Of a stretch of DNA of 64,000 nucleotides, positions 35,012 through 43,496 are shown in pieces (position 1 is the first letter of the stretch; the number at the start of each line of letters is the position of its first letter). Made by a program: the position numbers and the translations under genes. Source of the stretch: Dehalococcoidia bacterium (GTDB lineage Bacteria > Chloroflexota > Dehalococcoidia > Lucifugimonadales > UBA2985); contig OZ244718.1 in assembly GCA_965218945.1 (NCBI GenBank), forward strand, positions 2,621,700 to 2,685,699, in the 5' to 3' direction. The notes beneath the pieces are model-generated. The model was not told where the DNA came from. It worked only from the letters and a program-made list of their open reading frames with translations, and did no database searches.

Positions 35012-36660
35012 AACCCGCAGGATGTGAGGCCGACCTGCTCGGCGCCCTGGCGTCGATGCCCTTCCTCGACCGGCTGGAGATGGTCGCCGTCTGTGGCTGG
35101 TCGAGGGGCGCGGTCTACGAGGCCATGGCGAGCCTGGAGTCCGGCGGGTTCTGCGCCTCCGTGCCCCACGCCGTAGACCCGCTTCCCCCGGCGCGGAGGT
35201 TCCATCTCACCGCCGCAGGGCTGCGCAGGCTTGCGGGAGAGGAGGGCGTCGCCCTCGACGAGCTGGTGCGCTCCCATCCGGTCTCCGCCCAGTGGCGGCG
35301 CATCCTGATGGACCGTCTCGACCCGCTCGCCTCCGTCTACCGCGTCGCCTCCTCCCTCTCCAACGTCGCCTACCCCATCCGGTTCCGCTGGTACCGGGCC
35401 ATGCCGTTGGACGCCGCCATGACGCTGCCGGACGGCAGGACCGTCGGGATCATCAGGCAGGGACGCACCGCCGACAGGTCGGGCTTCTCCAAGCGGCTCT
35501 GGCGGCTGCGCGACCTGCCGCTCCCCGGAACGCTCCTCATCCTCATGGCCGACGATGTGCGCCTCAGGCACGCCCGCAGACTCCTCTCGACCACCGACGT
35601 GCCGGCCCTGCTCACCCTGGAACGCGAGGCGGTCCTGGCCGGAGCGGGCGACCGGATATGGAGCCCCGTCAAGGTCTCCGCCGCCATCGACCTGCGCTAC
35701 GAGCTCGACCGGGCGGCCCCCATGGGCGAGCTGCCGCGGGAGCCGGAAGCAGAGCGGGCCGACCTCCCCGCCGATCTCCCCGACAGGTGGGCGGCGTTGG
35801 ACATATCCGATCATATGCTGCCCGTCATCCTCAAGTCCGCGGAGAAGCGCGCCCTCGACCTTATCTCGGACTGGCCCTGGATCGCACTCAAGGAGATGGC
35901 CGGAATGATGGGCGTCTCGCCCCAGAGGGCCTCCCAGCTCGTCAACCCCCTCGAAGGCTTCGGCCTCGTGAGCCGCCCCCGCGACGCGGGCGGGCGCATC
36001 GTCCTCACGGATCGGGGGTTAACACACCTGGCCCGTAGGGATCGCACGTCCGTCGGAGTGGCAAAGCGGCGGTGGAGCGTCGCCCTGGAATACGCCGAGG
36101 CCCCTCTGGAGTGGCGCAACCTTTCCGGCAGGAGGACGCGGCAGCTGCTGAGGAATCTCGATCACACCTCCGCCGTCCACGGCTTCCTGGCCGCGCTGTC
36201 GGTGCAGGCCCCCCTCTTGGGGTGGGAGATCGCCCAGCTCGACCCGCCCAGAAGGGCGTCCCGCTACTTCAGGCACGACGGCGGCATGCGCGCCGTCAGC
36301 CCCGACGCCTTCGGCGTCCTCACCAGGGGCGACACACGCTGGCCCTTCTTTCTGGAGTGGGAGCGAAGGGCCGTGCGGCCCTCAACCATGTCGGACCGCC
36401 TCGCCCCCTATCTGCGCTACTTCTCATCGCACAGGCCCACCGACGACCACGGCGTCCGGCCCGCCGTACTTGTCGTCTTTGACGACGACATCGCGGCAAC
36501 CCACTTCCTGCGCGTGGCGCGGGAGGAGATGAGGGAGGCGGGCGGGACGGTTCCCCTGTGGGTCTCCCACCGGGAGGCCATAGACGCCCTGGGGCCGCTG
36601 GGACGCGCCTGGCGCACTCCCACCGACTGGGAATCGCCCCAGGCCCTGCCGCCTCAATGA
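35008..36660 (+). CDS. Replication-relaxation (Replic_Relax) family protein, the candidate relaxase
   Basis: Winged-helix-like segments are followed by 'VSPDAFGVLTRGDTRWPFFLEWERRAVRP'. A degenerate first copy reads 'TLPDGRTVGIIRQGRTADRSGF'. ATGA overlap with the coupling-protein stop. Confidence 0.7.
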   Translation: MKPAGCEADLLGALASMPFLDRLEMVAVCGWSRGAVYEAMASLESGGFCASVPHAVDPLPPARRFHLTAAGLRRLAGEEGVALDELVRSHPVSAQWRRILMDRLDPLASVYRVASSLSNVAYPIRFRWYRAMPLDAAMTLPDGRTVGIIRQGRTADRSGFSKRLWRLRDLPLPGTLLILMADDVRLRHARRLLSTTDVPALLTLEREAVLAGAGDRIWSPVKVSAAIDLRYELDRAAPMGELPREPEAERADLPADLPDRWAALDISDHMLPVILKSAEKRALDLISDWPWIALKEMAGMMGVSPQRASQLVNPLEGFGLVSRPRDAGGRIVLTDRGLTHLARRDRTSVGVAKRRWSVALEYAEAPLEWRNLSGRRTRQLLRNLDHTSAVHGFLAALSVQAPLLGWEIAQLDPPRRASRYFRHDGGMRAVSPDAFGVLTRGDTRWPFFLEWERRAVRPSTMSDRLAPYLRYFSSHRPTDDHGVRPAVLVVFDDDIAATHFLRVAREEMREAGGTVPLWVSHREAIDALGPLGRAWRTPTDWESPQALPPQ

Positions 36661-36962
36661 ATGACTGGAAATGGAACGCCATGAGTTCGGAAAATATATA
36701 CAAGAAGAAAGGACACCGGAGGCGCAGAGGACGGGGAGTTGTCCGGCTCAACACGGCGGCCCTCTGGAAGCGGCTCACGACGCTGAACCGCTCCCAGAAC
36801 TGGCTCGCCAGGGAGACCGGGGTCAGCCCGGGGTACATGTCGATGCTGGTCAACGGGGAGCGCTCGCCCTCCGGACGCATCCGCCGCCGGATGCAAGTGG
36901 TCCTCGGCGTAGACGACTTCGACCAGCTTTTTACAATGGAGGATGGACATGAACAACCCTGA
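36657..36962 (+). CDS. XRE-family HTH transcriptional regulator
   Basis: 'LTTLNRSQNWLARETGVSPGYMSMLVNGERSPS'. The ATG at 36657 overlaps the upstream stop (ATGA). An alternative ATG lies at 36681. Confidence 0.7.
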   Translation: MNDWKWNAMSSENIYKKKGHRRRRGRGVVRLNTAALWKRLTTLNRSQNWLARETGVSPGYMSMLVNGERSPSGRIRRRMQVVLGVDDFDQLFTMEDGHEQP

Positions 36963-37269
36963 CGTTTCGTCCCGTTTCAACGGGCTTCACATCACTGGAG
37001 AGGAAGGCGCGCAGATCATACAGAGCGGCGTCCTGCCCGATGACTTCGGTCAGCGCCTCGAACGCCTCAAGGAGGCCAGCGGCCTCAGCTGGCGCGGATT
37101 CGCCAAGGCGCTCGGCGTGGACCCCAAGCAGCTGCGCCTCTGGCGCAAGAACGGCGTCGAGCCCTGCGGCGGAGCCATGCTCTCCATCTGCCGCTTCGCA
37201 GCCCGGTTGCCCGGCGGCCTGGAGATCCTCATCGGCGAGGGATTCCAGATGACCTTCTTCAAGCGCTGA
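36943..37269 (+). CDS. Small HTH protein, paralog of 8117-8362
   Basis: 'LPDDFGQRLERLKEASGLSWRGFAKALGVDPKQLRLWRKNGVEP'. Confidence 0.6.
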   Translation: MDMNNPDVSSRFNGLHITGEEGAQIIQSGVLPDDFGQRLERLKEASGLSWRGFAKALGVDPKQLRLWRKNGVEPCGGAMLSICRFAARLPGGLEILIGEGFQMTFFKR

Positions 37270-37459
37270 CCGGAACGCCCCGCCAGCGCGCAGGCGCAAC
37301 GGCGGCATGGCGGGGCATGAGTCGGCATGAAAGACGTCGGCGCCCGCCCATTCCGTCGGCGCCGGCTGTGAACTCACAGACCTAATGCGATATGGCGTCG
37401 GCTTGGCCGGTCGCTCTAACCAGGCAATATTCGAGGTCCCAAGAGAAAGGAGCGTCAGG

Positions 37460-37684
37460 ATGAACCAAAGGCTACTGCGTCGTCAAGAAGTGGAGGAGTT
37501 GACTGGATTGAGCCGCGCCTCGATCTACAGGCTTATCTCAGAGGGAGAGTTCCCGCGGCCCGTCCGGGTCAGCGCCACAGGCGTCAGGTGGAGGTCAAGC
37601 GACATCTCCGCATGGATACAGTCCCGGCCGTTGTCGACCAGCGAACTTGGCTCAGCCGCCGCCCCCTGGGTACCGCCTGATTGA
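37460..37684 (+). CDS. AlpA-family excisionase / DNA-binding protein
   Basis: ATG at 37460 with AAAGGAG upstream. 'LLRRQEVEELTGLSRASIYRLISEGEFPRPVRVSATGVRWRSSDISAWI'. Confidence 0.8.
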   Translation: MNQRLLRRQEVEELTGLSRASIYRLISEGEFPRPVRVSATGVRWRSSDISAWIQSRPLSTSELGSAAAPWVPPD

Positions 37685-37694
37685 TGCTTCGCGG

Positions 37695-38834
37695 CTAGGT
37701 TGTAAGGTAGTCCGCCCACTGCTGCATCAGCGCACGTCTCCGCACGAAAAGGTCGGACCTTGCGTACGCCTGCTCGACACTGCCTCCGAGCTGGTGGGCT
37801 AGGGCCGCCTCCGCAACCGCCCAGGGCGCGTCCGTCTGCTCCATTGCCCATGTCCTGAAGGATGTCCTGAAACCGTGCACCGTCGCTCGCTCCGCGAGAC
37901 CGGTCGCACGGAGTATCTTCGTCAGCGTCATGTCGCTCAGCATCCGGCCGCGGAGCAGGGGCGAGGGGAAGCATAGCCCCGACCCGTCTTCCAGACCCCG
38001 GGCCAGCATCAACACTCCCAGCGCCTGCTCGCTCAGGGGAACCCGGTGCTCTTCGCCCGCCTTCATGCGGGAGCCGGGTATCGTCCACGTCGCGCCCTCC
38101 ATATCAATCTCATCCCAGGTGGCGCCCCTCGCCTCACCGGAGCGCGCCGCCGTGAAGACCAGGAAGGCCAGGCAGAGCTTCGAAGCGGGTGAGGTCTGGG
38201 ACTCATCAACGGTCCTGAGCGCCGCGCCCACCTCATCGTAGGGGAGCGCCCTGAGATGCGCCTTCACCTTGGGCATCGACGGCAGGGCCCCGTCTATGGC
38301 CTCACCAGCAGGGTTGCTCTCAATGAGCTCGTTGGCCATGGCCCACCTGAATATGGTTCGCATCCTCTGGCGGACGCGCCGTGCTGTCTCGGGGCGTGTC
38401 GACCATATCGGTGTAAGGACCGACAACAGGTCTGAGCGCCTTATGGTGTCGATGGGTTTGTTCCCGATCCTGGGGAAGGCGTGGCGCTGCAGCGTCTGGA
38501 TCCACGCAGCCGCGTGGCTCCCGTTGCGCCAGCGGGGCCTGTTAGCCTCGTGCACGGCGCGGGCGGCCTCCCTGAATGTAGGCATCGCCGGCCTGTGTTT
38601 CTCCGCCACCGGGTCCTTTCCATTCTCAACCGCCTCGCGGTTGTCCAGGGCGCGCTTCCTGGCCTGGGCCAGGGACACCGTGGGATACCCGCCCAAGCCT
38701 ATGTCCCGCCGCAGGCCGCCTATGACTATCCTCTGCACCCAGCTCTTGCTGCCTGTCTTGGTGATGAAGAGGTGCAGGCCGTCCCCGTTCGAGTGGCGGC
38801 CCGGTTTGCGTAGAGCCTTCACCTCTGTTGCCAT
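37695..38834 (-). CDS. int: P4-type tyrosine integrase
   Basis: N-terminal arm-binding 'GDGLHLFITKTGSKSWVQRIVIGGLRRDIGLGGYPTVSLAQARKRA'. Catalytic residues appear in 'TAARSGEA', 'HGFRTSFRTW' and 'ALAH....VEQAYARSD'. Probable start is 'MATEVKAL' at 38834. Confidence 0.92.
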   Translation of the reverse strand: MATEVKALRKPGRHSNGDGLHLFITKTGSKSWVQRIVIGGLRRDIGLGGYPTVSLAQARKRALDNREAVENGKDPVAEKHRPAMPTFREAARAVHEANRPRWRNGSHAAAWIQTLQRHAFPRIGNKPIDTIRRSDLLSVLTPIWSTRPETARRVRQRMRTIFRWAMANELIESNPAGEAIDGALPSMPKVKAHLRALPYDEVGAALRTVDESQTSPASKLCLAFLVFTAARSGEARGATWDEIDMEGATWTIPGSRMKAGEEHRVPLSEQALGVLMLARGLEDGSGLCFPSPLLRGRMLSDMTLTKILRATGLAERATVHGFRTSFRTWAMEQTDAPWAVAEAALAHQLGGSVEQAYARSDLFVRRRALMQQWADYLTT

Positions 38835-39038
38835 TAGCTTCACGCCCAGTGACCTCCTCAATCTTTTACCACACAAATTACCACATTGTTGGCGAGACAA
38901 CAAGGGCTTTTGGGGGTAAGCGAGGGAGGCCGAATTCAGCCAAGTTAAGCCTTGTGTACACCTAACCTAGCTATGAAACAGAGGCATATTGAGACGTGTG
39001 CTGACCGATGGAGAATGGAGGAGACGGGGAGGGGAAAG

Positions 39039-39111
39039 TGGAGATAGGGGGACTCGAACCCCCAACCTCGGCGTTGCGAACGCCGCGCTCTCCCTGTTGA
39101 GCTATATCCCC
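39039..39111 (-). tRNA. tRNA-Ala (anticodon CGC)
   Basis: Hand-folded cloverleaf. Acceptor is GGGGATA/TATCTCC with the G3:U70 alanine identity pair. D arm is GCTC-AACAGGGA-GAGC. Anticodon arm is CGGCG-TTCGCAA-CGCCG. T arm is GGGGG-TTCGAGT-CCCCC. Discriminator is A and no CCA is encoded. Confidence 0.9.
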
Positions 39112-39321
39112 TCGTTCAGACAGACGCGGACGAGCCGCGCCACTGGATTGTAGCAGTGGTCTTCCTGGACTTCAACTACGCGTTGCCTTCAGTGGCGTAT
39201 GTGCAATAGCGAAAGGCGCAGCGTTATTGCCGTTGACTCTGAGTCTCAATATAATAGGCTACGGGAAGCACCATTACGGAGTGGTTCGGCTGCCCGAGAG
39301 GGCCGGCCTACCGGAGGCGTC

Positions 39322-40110
39322 TTGACGAATACAGCGCCAATTCTTGAGACCCGCGACGTAGTGAAGGACTTTGGAGGTCTGCGAGCCGTGGACCACTGCT
39401 CCCTCCAGGTCATGCCCGGCAACATAACCGGGCTCATCGGCCCCAACGGGGCGGGCAAGACGACACTTTTCAACCTGATTTCCGGCGCAATATCCCCCAC
39501 CAGCGGCCAGATACTCTTTGGTGGCCGGCGCATCGACGGTATGAGCATGCACGAGACCTTCGGTCTCGGCCTAATGCGCACCTTTCAAATCCCCAGAGAG
39601 ATGAAGCGCATGACGGTGCTGGAGAACCTCATGCTGGTCCCCGCGCCGCAGGTCGGAGAGCGGATCTGGGCGCCGTGGTTGATGCCCTGGCGGGTGTCCC
39701 GGGAGGAGCGTCGCATAGAAGCCCAGGCGATGGAGGCGCTGGAGCTGCTCAGCCTGACCCACCTGGCCGACGAGTACGCCGGCAACCTGTCCGGTGGTCA
39801 GAAGAAACTGCTGGAGCTGGCCCGAACGCTGATGGCCGAACCAAAGATGGTGCTGCTGGACGAGCCGGGAGCCGGGGTCAATCGAACGCTGCTCAGGAGC
39901 ATATCGGCCAACATCCTCCTGGCCAGCGTGGAGCGCAATATCACCTTCGTAATCATTGAGCACGATATGAGGTTCGTCATGGCCATGTGCGATCCCATTA
40001 TAGTCATGGCCAACGGCGCCGTGATCGCCCAGGGGACACCGCACCAGGTGCAGCAGGACCCGGAGGTCCTGGAAGCCTACTTGGGAGGTGCCGTCGGTGG
40101 TATTGCTTGA
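39322..40110 (+). CDS. livG: Branched-chain amino acid ABC transporter ATP-binding protein
   Basis: 'LETRDVVKDFGGLRAVDHCSLQV..GNITGLIGPNGAGKTTLFNLISG', 'LSGGQKKLLELAR' and 'LLDEPGAGV'. TTG at 39322 has GGAGG 5 nt upstream. The longest ORF starts at 39199. Confidence 0.88.
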   Translation: MTNTAPILETRDVVKDFGGLRAVDHCSLQVMPGNITGLIGPNGAGKTTLFNLISGAISPTSGQILFGGRRIDGMSMHETFGLGLMRTFQIPREMKRMTVLENLMLVPAPQVGERIWAPWLMPWRVSREERRIEAQAMEALELLSLTHLADEYAGNLSGGQKKLLELARTLMAEPKMVLLDEPGAGVNRTLLRSISANILLASVERNITFVIIEHDMRFVMAMCDPIIVMANGAVIAQGTPHQVQQDPEVLEAYLGGAVGGIA

Positions 40111-40801
40111 GGCGTCCGACATAGTGGCGGGATACGGCCAGACGGAGATACTGCACAGCGTATCCGTAACCGTCGACGCCGGAGAGATGGTCACAATAAT
40201 CGGGCCTAACGGCTGCGGAAAGTCGACACTTATGAAGGCCATTGTAGGACTTGTGCGGGTCAGGTCTGGAAGCGTGAAGTTCCAGGGCGCGGAAATATCC
40301 GGCGACCCACCGGAGCGGATAGTGCGGACTCGGCTGTGCTATGTCCCGCAGTCCAACAACGTGTTCCCCAATCTGAGCATACGGGAGAACCTTGAGATGG
40401 GCGCCTTCATCCGCAGCGACGACTATCGCGGCCGCATCGAAGAGATGTACGAGCTGTTCCCGGACCTGGCGCGGCAGCCGGGTCGGAAGGCCGGAACGCT
40501 CTCCGGCGGTCAGCGCCAGATGCTGGCGATTGGCCGCGCCATGATGCTCGACCCCATACTGCTGCTACTAGACGAGCCCTCTGCAGGACTGTCCCCGGCA
40601 ATGATGGGCATCGTATTTCAGCGTATTCGCGAGGTCAACCAGTCCGGAGTGGCGATGCTGCTGGTGGAGCAGAACGCCAGGGACGCGCTGCAAATGTCGG
40701 ACAGGGGTTACATCCTGGTCGCCGGTGAGAACCGGCTGGAGGACACCGGCAAGGACCTGTTGAGCAACCCGGAGGTGGCCAGCCTCTATCTTGGAGGATG
40801 A
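40088..40801 (+). CDS. livF: Branched-chain amino acid ABC transporter ATP-binding protein
   Basis: 'GEMVTIIGPNGCGKSTLMKAI', 'LSGGQRQMLAIGRA', 'LLLDEPSAGLSP' and the tail 'NPEVASLYLGG'. Confidence 0.88.
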   Translation: MPSVVLLEASDIVAGYGQTEILHSVSVTVDAGEMVTIIGPNGCGKSTLMKAIVGLVRVRSGSVKFQGAEISGDPPERIVRTRLCYVPQSNNVFPNLSIRENLEMGAFIRSDDYRGRIEEMYELFPDLARQPGRKAGTLSGGQRQMLAIGRAMMLDPILLLLDEPSAGLSPAMMGIVFQRIREVNQSGVAMLLVEQNARDALQMSDRGYILVAGENRLEDTGKDLLSNPEVASLYLGG

Positions 40802-40828
40802 GCAGAACCCGCTTTGGATTGACCGGAT

Positions 40829-41851
40829 ATGACTGCCATACAGAACACTGCAAGACGAATCGGCCAATCGTGGACGCCCATGTATACCACTATTGCGATA
40901 GTGGCCGCAGCGCTGTTTATCGGACTCCTCCCGGGCGTGAAGATGAACCTGGTGGTCAACGGCATATTCCTGGGAGCGATTATCGCTCTGGGCGCCATCG
41001 GCCTTACACTGGTCTACGGCATCCTGAACTTCGCCAACATAGCACACGGCGATTACATGACTATGGGCGCTTATGTTGCGCTGTTCATAGTCGGCAGTAT
41101 TCTGCCCCAGGTGGGTATAGAGGGCAAAGGCCTGGGACCTTTCACCTTCGGATACCCTATGCTCATTGCCCTGCCCATAGCCGTGGCCGCCGTAGCTGCG
41201 CTGGCTGTAGTCCTGGACATAGCCATTTATCGCCGGCTTCGAGAGCGGGGAGTCAACAACGTGGTGCTGGCAATGGCGTCCCTGGGCCTGGCCATTGCCC
41301 TGAGGGGACTGGTACAGATCATCTGGAGCGGCGACGTACAGCGCTATCCCCGGGAGACCAGGAAGTTCTATCAACTGGCTATGGACGTGCGCGTACCCCC
41401 GGATGCCATCTTCATCACGATAGTGACCGTCATCCTGGTGGTGGCCGTCTACCTGGTACTGAACCGCACCAAGATAGGAAAGGCCATGCGGGCCACCGCG
41501 GACAACCCGAGCCTGGCCCTCGTAAGCGGCATAGATACACAGCGCGTTATATGGTCAACCTGGATCATAGGCGCTGTGCTGGCAGCGACTGCCGGGATAC
41601 TCCTGGCAGTGTTTCAGGCGCAGCTGCTACCCGCTATGGGGTGGAGCTTCCTGATTCCGCTGTTCGCCGCCGTCATCCTGGGGGGCATAGGCAACCCCTA
41701 CGGAGCGCTGGTTGGGGCATTTATCATCGGAGTGTCCTCGGAGGTCTCGACCCAGTGGATCAACCCCAGCTACAAGCCCGCGGTGGCCTTCGCCATTATG
41801 ACGGCGGTGCTGCTGGTGAGGCCCAGGGGCATATTCGGAGGCGGCAGGTGA
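40829..41851 (+). CDS. livH: Branched-chain amino acid ABC transporter permease
   Basis: Polytopic. 'LTLVYGILNFANIAHGDYMTMGAY' and 'GGIGNPYGALVGAFIIG' are typical LivH motifs. Confidence 0.85.
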   Translation: MTAIQNTARRIGQSWTPMYTTIAIVAAALFIGLLPGVKMNLVVNGIFLGAIIALGAIGLTLVYGILNFANIAHGDYMTMGAYVALFIVGSILPQVGIEGKGLGPFTFGYPMLIALPIAVAAVAALAVVLDIAIYRRLRERGVNNVVLAMASLGLAIALRGLVQIIWSGDVQRYPRETRKFYQLAMDVRVPPDAIFITIVTVILVVAVYLVLNRTKIGKAMRATADNPSLALVSGIDTQRVIWSTWIIGAVLAATAGILLAVFQAQLLPAMGWSFLIPLFAAVILGGIGNPYGALVGAFIIGVSSEVSTQWINPSYKPAVAFAIMTAVLLVRPRGIFGGGR

Positions 41852-41903
41852 GCATCGCCATAGGTTGGAAACGCCCCGGCTCCTTGCCGGAGGGACGCGA
41901 GTC

Positions 41904-42896
41904 ATGGACATAGCGGGCATAGCCGACTACTTTGTGGGCTTTCTGGTCATGGCGGGTATCTACGCCGTGTTCAGCCTTGGGCTAAACGTCCATTGGGGAT
42001 ACACCGGCCTGTTCAACATTGGCATAGCCGGTTTCTTCGCGCTTGGAGCGTACACGGCGGCGCTTATGACAACCCAACCTCCCGACCCCACCCTGTTCGA
42101 AGACTTCAAGTTCGGAGGCAACTGGTCGGAAATCGCGTTCCTGGACCTGGGAATCGACCTGTGGTTCTTCCTGGGCCTGGGGGCCGCGGCGGCGGTTTGC
42201 GGGGTTATCGCACTGGTAATTGGCTACATCACCCTGCGACTCCAGGATGACTATCTTGCTATCGCAACCCTGGGCATCGCGGAGTCGGTCCGCCTCTTCT
42301 TCCTGAACGAGAAGTGGGTGGCAAACGGCTCCAAGGGGCTTTACAGGATACCCCAGTTCCTGGGCGATTGGGTATCGCCCGAACACTACGACTACCTGTA
42401 CGTGGTTGTGGTGCTGGTGGTCCTGGCCGTCCTTTTCCTGTCAGTAGAGCAGGTGGTCAAGTCTCCCTGGGGGCGGGTGCTGCGTGCGATAAGAGAGGAT
42501 GAGGTGGCAGCCGAGGCCAGCGGCAAGAATGTGTTCAAGTTCAAGCTTCAGGCGTTCATCTTTGGAGCGATAATCATGGGTATTGGAGGAGCGCTGTTTG
42601 CACACAACATACGCTTCCTCGCGCCCTTGACCTTCGATCCGCTGCTGGCGACCTTCGTCATATGGGCTATGCTGATGGTGGGCGGCGCGGGCAACAACAA
42701 GGGCGCCGTACTGGGAGCCTTCGTAGTCTGGGGTATCTGGACGGGCACTCAGTTTCTGCCCGGCGTCTTCTCCGACCCCAACGTCCGCTTCTTCATGATA
42801 GGCGTACTGATAGTCGCTGTGATCATGGCTCGCCCCAGCGGCATCCTGGGAGAGGAGCGCCGGATAGCGAGAGCGGCGACACCGGAGGAAATTTAG
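41904..42896 (+). CDS. livM: Branched-chain amino acid ABC transporter permease
   Basis: 'LNVHWGYTGLFNIGIAGFFALGAYTAA', 'DDYLAIATLGIAE' and 'VGGAGNNKGAVLGAF'. ATG at 41904. Confidence 0.85.
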   Translation: MDIAGIADYFVGFLVMAGIYAVFSLGLNVHWGYTGLFNIGIAGFFALGAYTAALMTTQPPDPTLFEDFKFGGNWSEIAFLDLGIDLWFFLGLGAAAAVCGVIALVIGYITLRLQDDYLAIATLGIAESVRLFFLNEKWVANGSKGLYRIPQFLGDWVSPEHYDYLYVVVVLVVLAVLFLSVEQVVKSPWGRVLRAIREDEVAAEASGKNVFKFKLQAFIFGAIIMGIGGALFAHNIRFLAPLTFDPLLATFVIWAMLMVGGAGNNKGAVLGAFVVWGIWTGTQFLPGVFSDPNVRFFMIGVLIVAVIMARPSGILGEERRIARAATPEEI

Positions 42897-43099
42897 TAGC
42901 CAGCGGGTTGGGATGCGCCTTCGTAGTTGTTTTCATTGCCATCTGCGCGAATCTCAAGGTTGGTTGAGGCCATTCTTATCAAGATTTGGCTTGACAACGG
43001 TAGTGTCCGGCATCATCATTGGGCCACACCAAAGAAGATCCCATCTATGTCTACAACGCAAGGATAGCGCCCCGATTCCAGTAGAGAGAAGGCCCACCA

Positions 43100-43300
43100 A
43101 TGTCAAGCATTGAGAACATTCAGCAGGCTATCCTAAACCTGTCCCAGTCAGACTACATTCAACTAAGACTATGGCTGAGCGAACTGGATTGGGAGGAGTG
43201 GGATCGGGAGATTGAAGCTGATTCGGCTGACGGAAAGTTGGAATTCCTGGTAGCGGAGGCAACGGAGGCCAAACAGCGAGGCACACTGGAAACGCTCTAG
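43100..43300 (+). CDS. Small antitoxin-like protein (addiction-module component type)
   Basis: 66-aa acidic helical ORF. A truncated RelE/ParE-like reading frame follows immediately. Confidence 0.5.
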   Translation: MSSIENIQQAILNLSQSDYIQLRLWLSELDWEEWDREIEADSADGKLEFLVAEATEAKQRGTLETL

Positions 43301-43401
43301 TGCATAGGACAACCCCCGGATTCTGGTCTCATTTTGACCGTCTCCCGGAACATATTCAGAGGACTGCTAGACGGAACTTCGAGCGGCTGGTGGTCTGACG
43401 T
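43300..43401 (+). pseudogene. Truncated RelE/ParE-family toxin remnant (33 codons)
   Basis: GTG overlaps the antitoxin stop. 'VHRTTPGFWSHFDRLPEHIQRTARRNFERLVV*' matches the N-terminal 'F...f..LP..iq..a...f..L' of this toxin family and then stops. Confidence 0.4.
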
Positions 43402-43496
43402 GAGTAAGCCGCCGAAACCCTGCGGGGTCTTGGCGGCTTACTCTATCTAATTACTTCTCAAACCAAGCAGATAACCCCCTGGGAACGGTGATTCCG

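Larger units (their letters stand above)
1..39038. mobile_element. Integrative conjugative element-like island inserted at the 3' end of tRNA-Ala, left boundary outside the window
   Basis: Integrase and Xis lie next to the tRNA 3' end. The island carries a T4SS, coupling protein and relaxase candidate, plus an ssb/primase/recombination module. There is a sharp visible drop in G+C and GC3 to the right of ~39,000. No direct repeat of the tRNA 3' end was found within 1-38,900. Confidence 0.7.

Noticed and set aside
33239-35814. Minus-strand ORFs 33239-34138 and 34861-35814
   Set aside because: They are antisense to the coupling protein and the Replic_Relax CDSs, and they contain no motifs.
39233-39255. 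TTGACT ... TATAAT upstream of livG as a sigma-70 promoter
   Set aside because: Both hexamers are good matches, but they are separated by only 11 nt. A weaker ATTGCC with 18-nt spacing is possible but not convincing.
40568-41374. 268-aa minus-strand ORF
   Set aside because: It is antisense to the livH permease and has no features.
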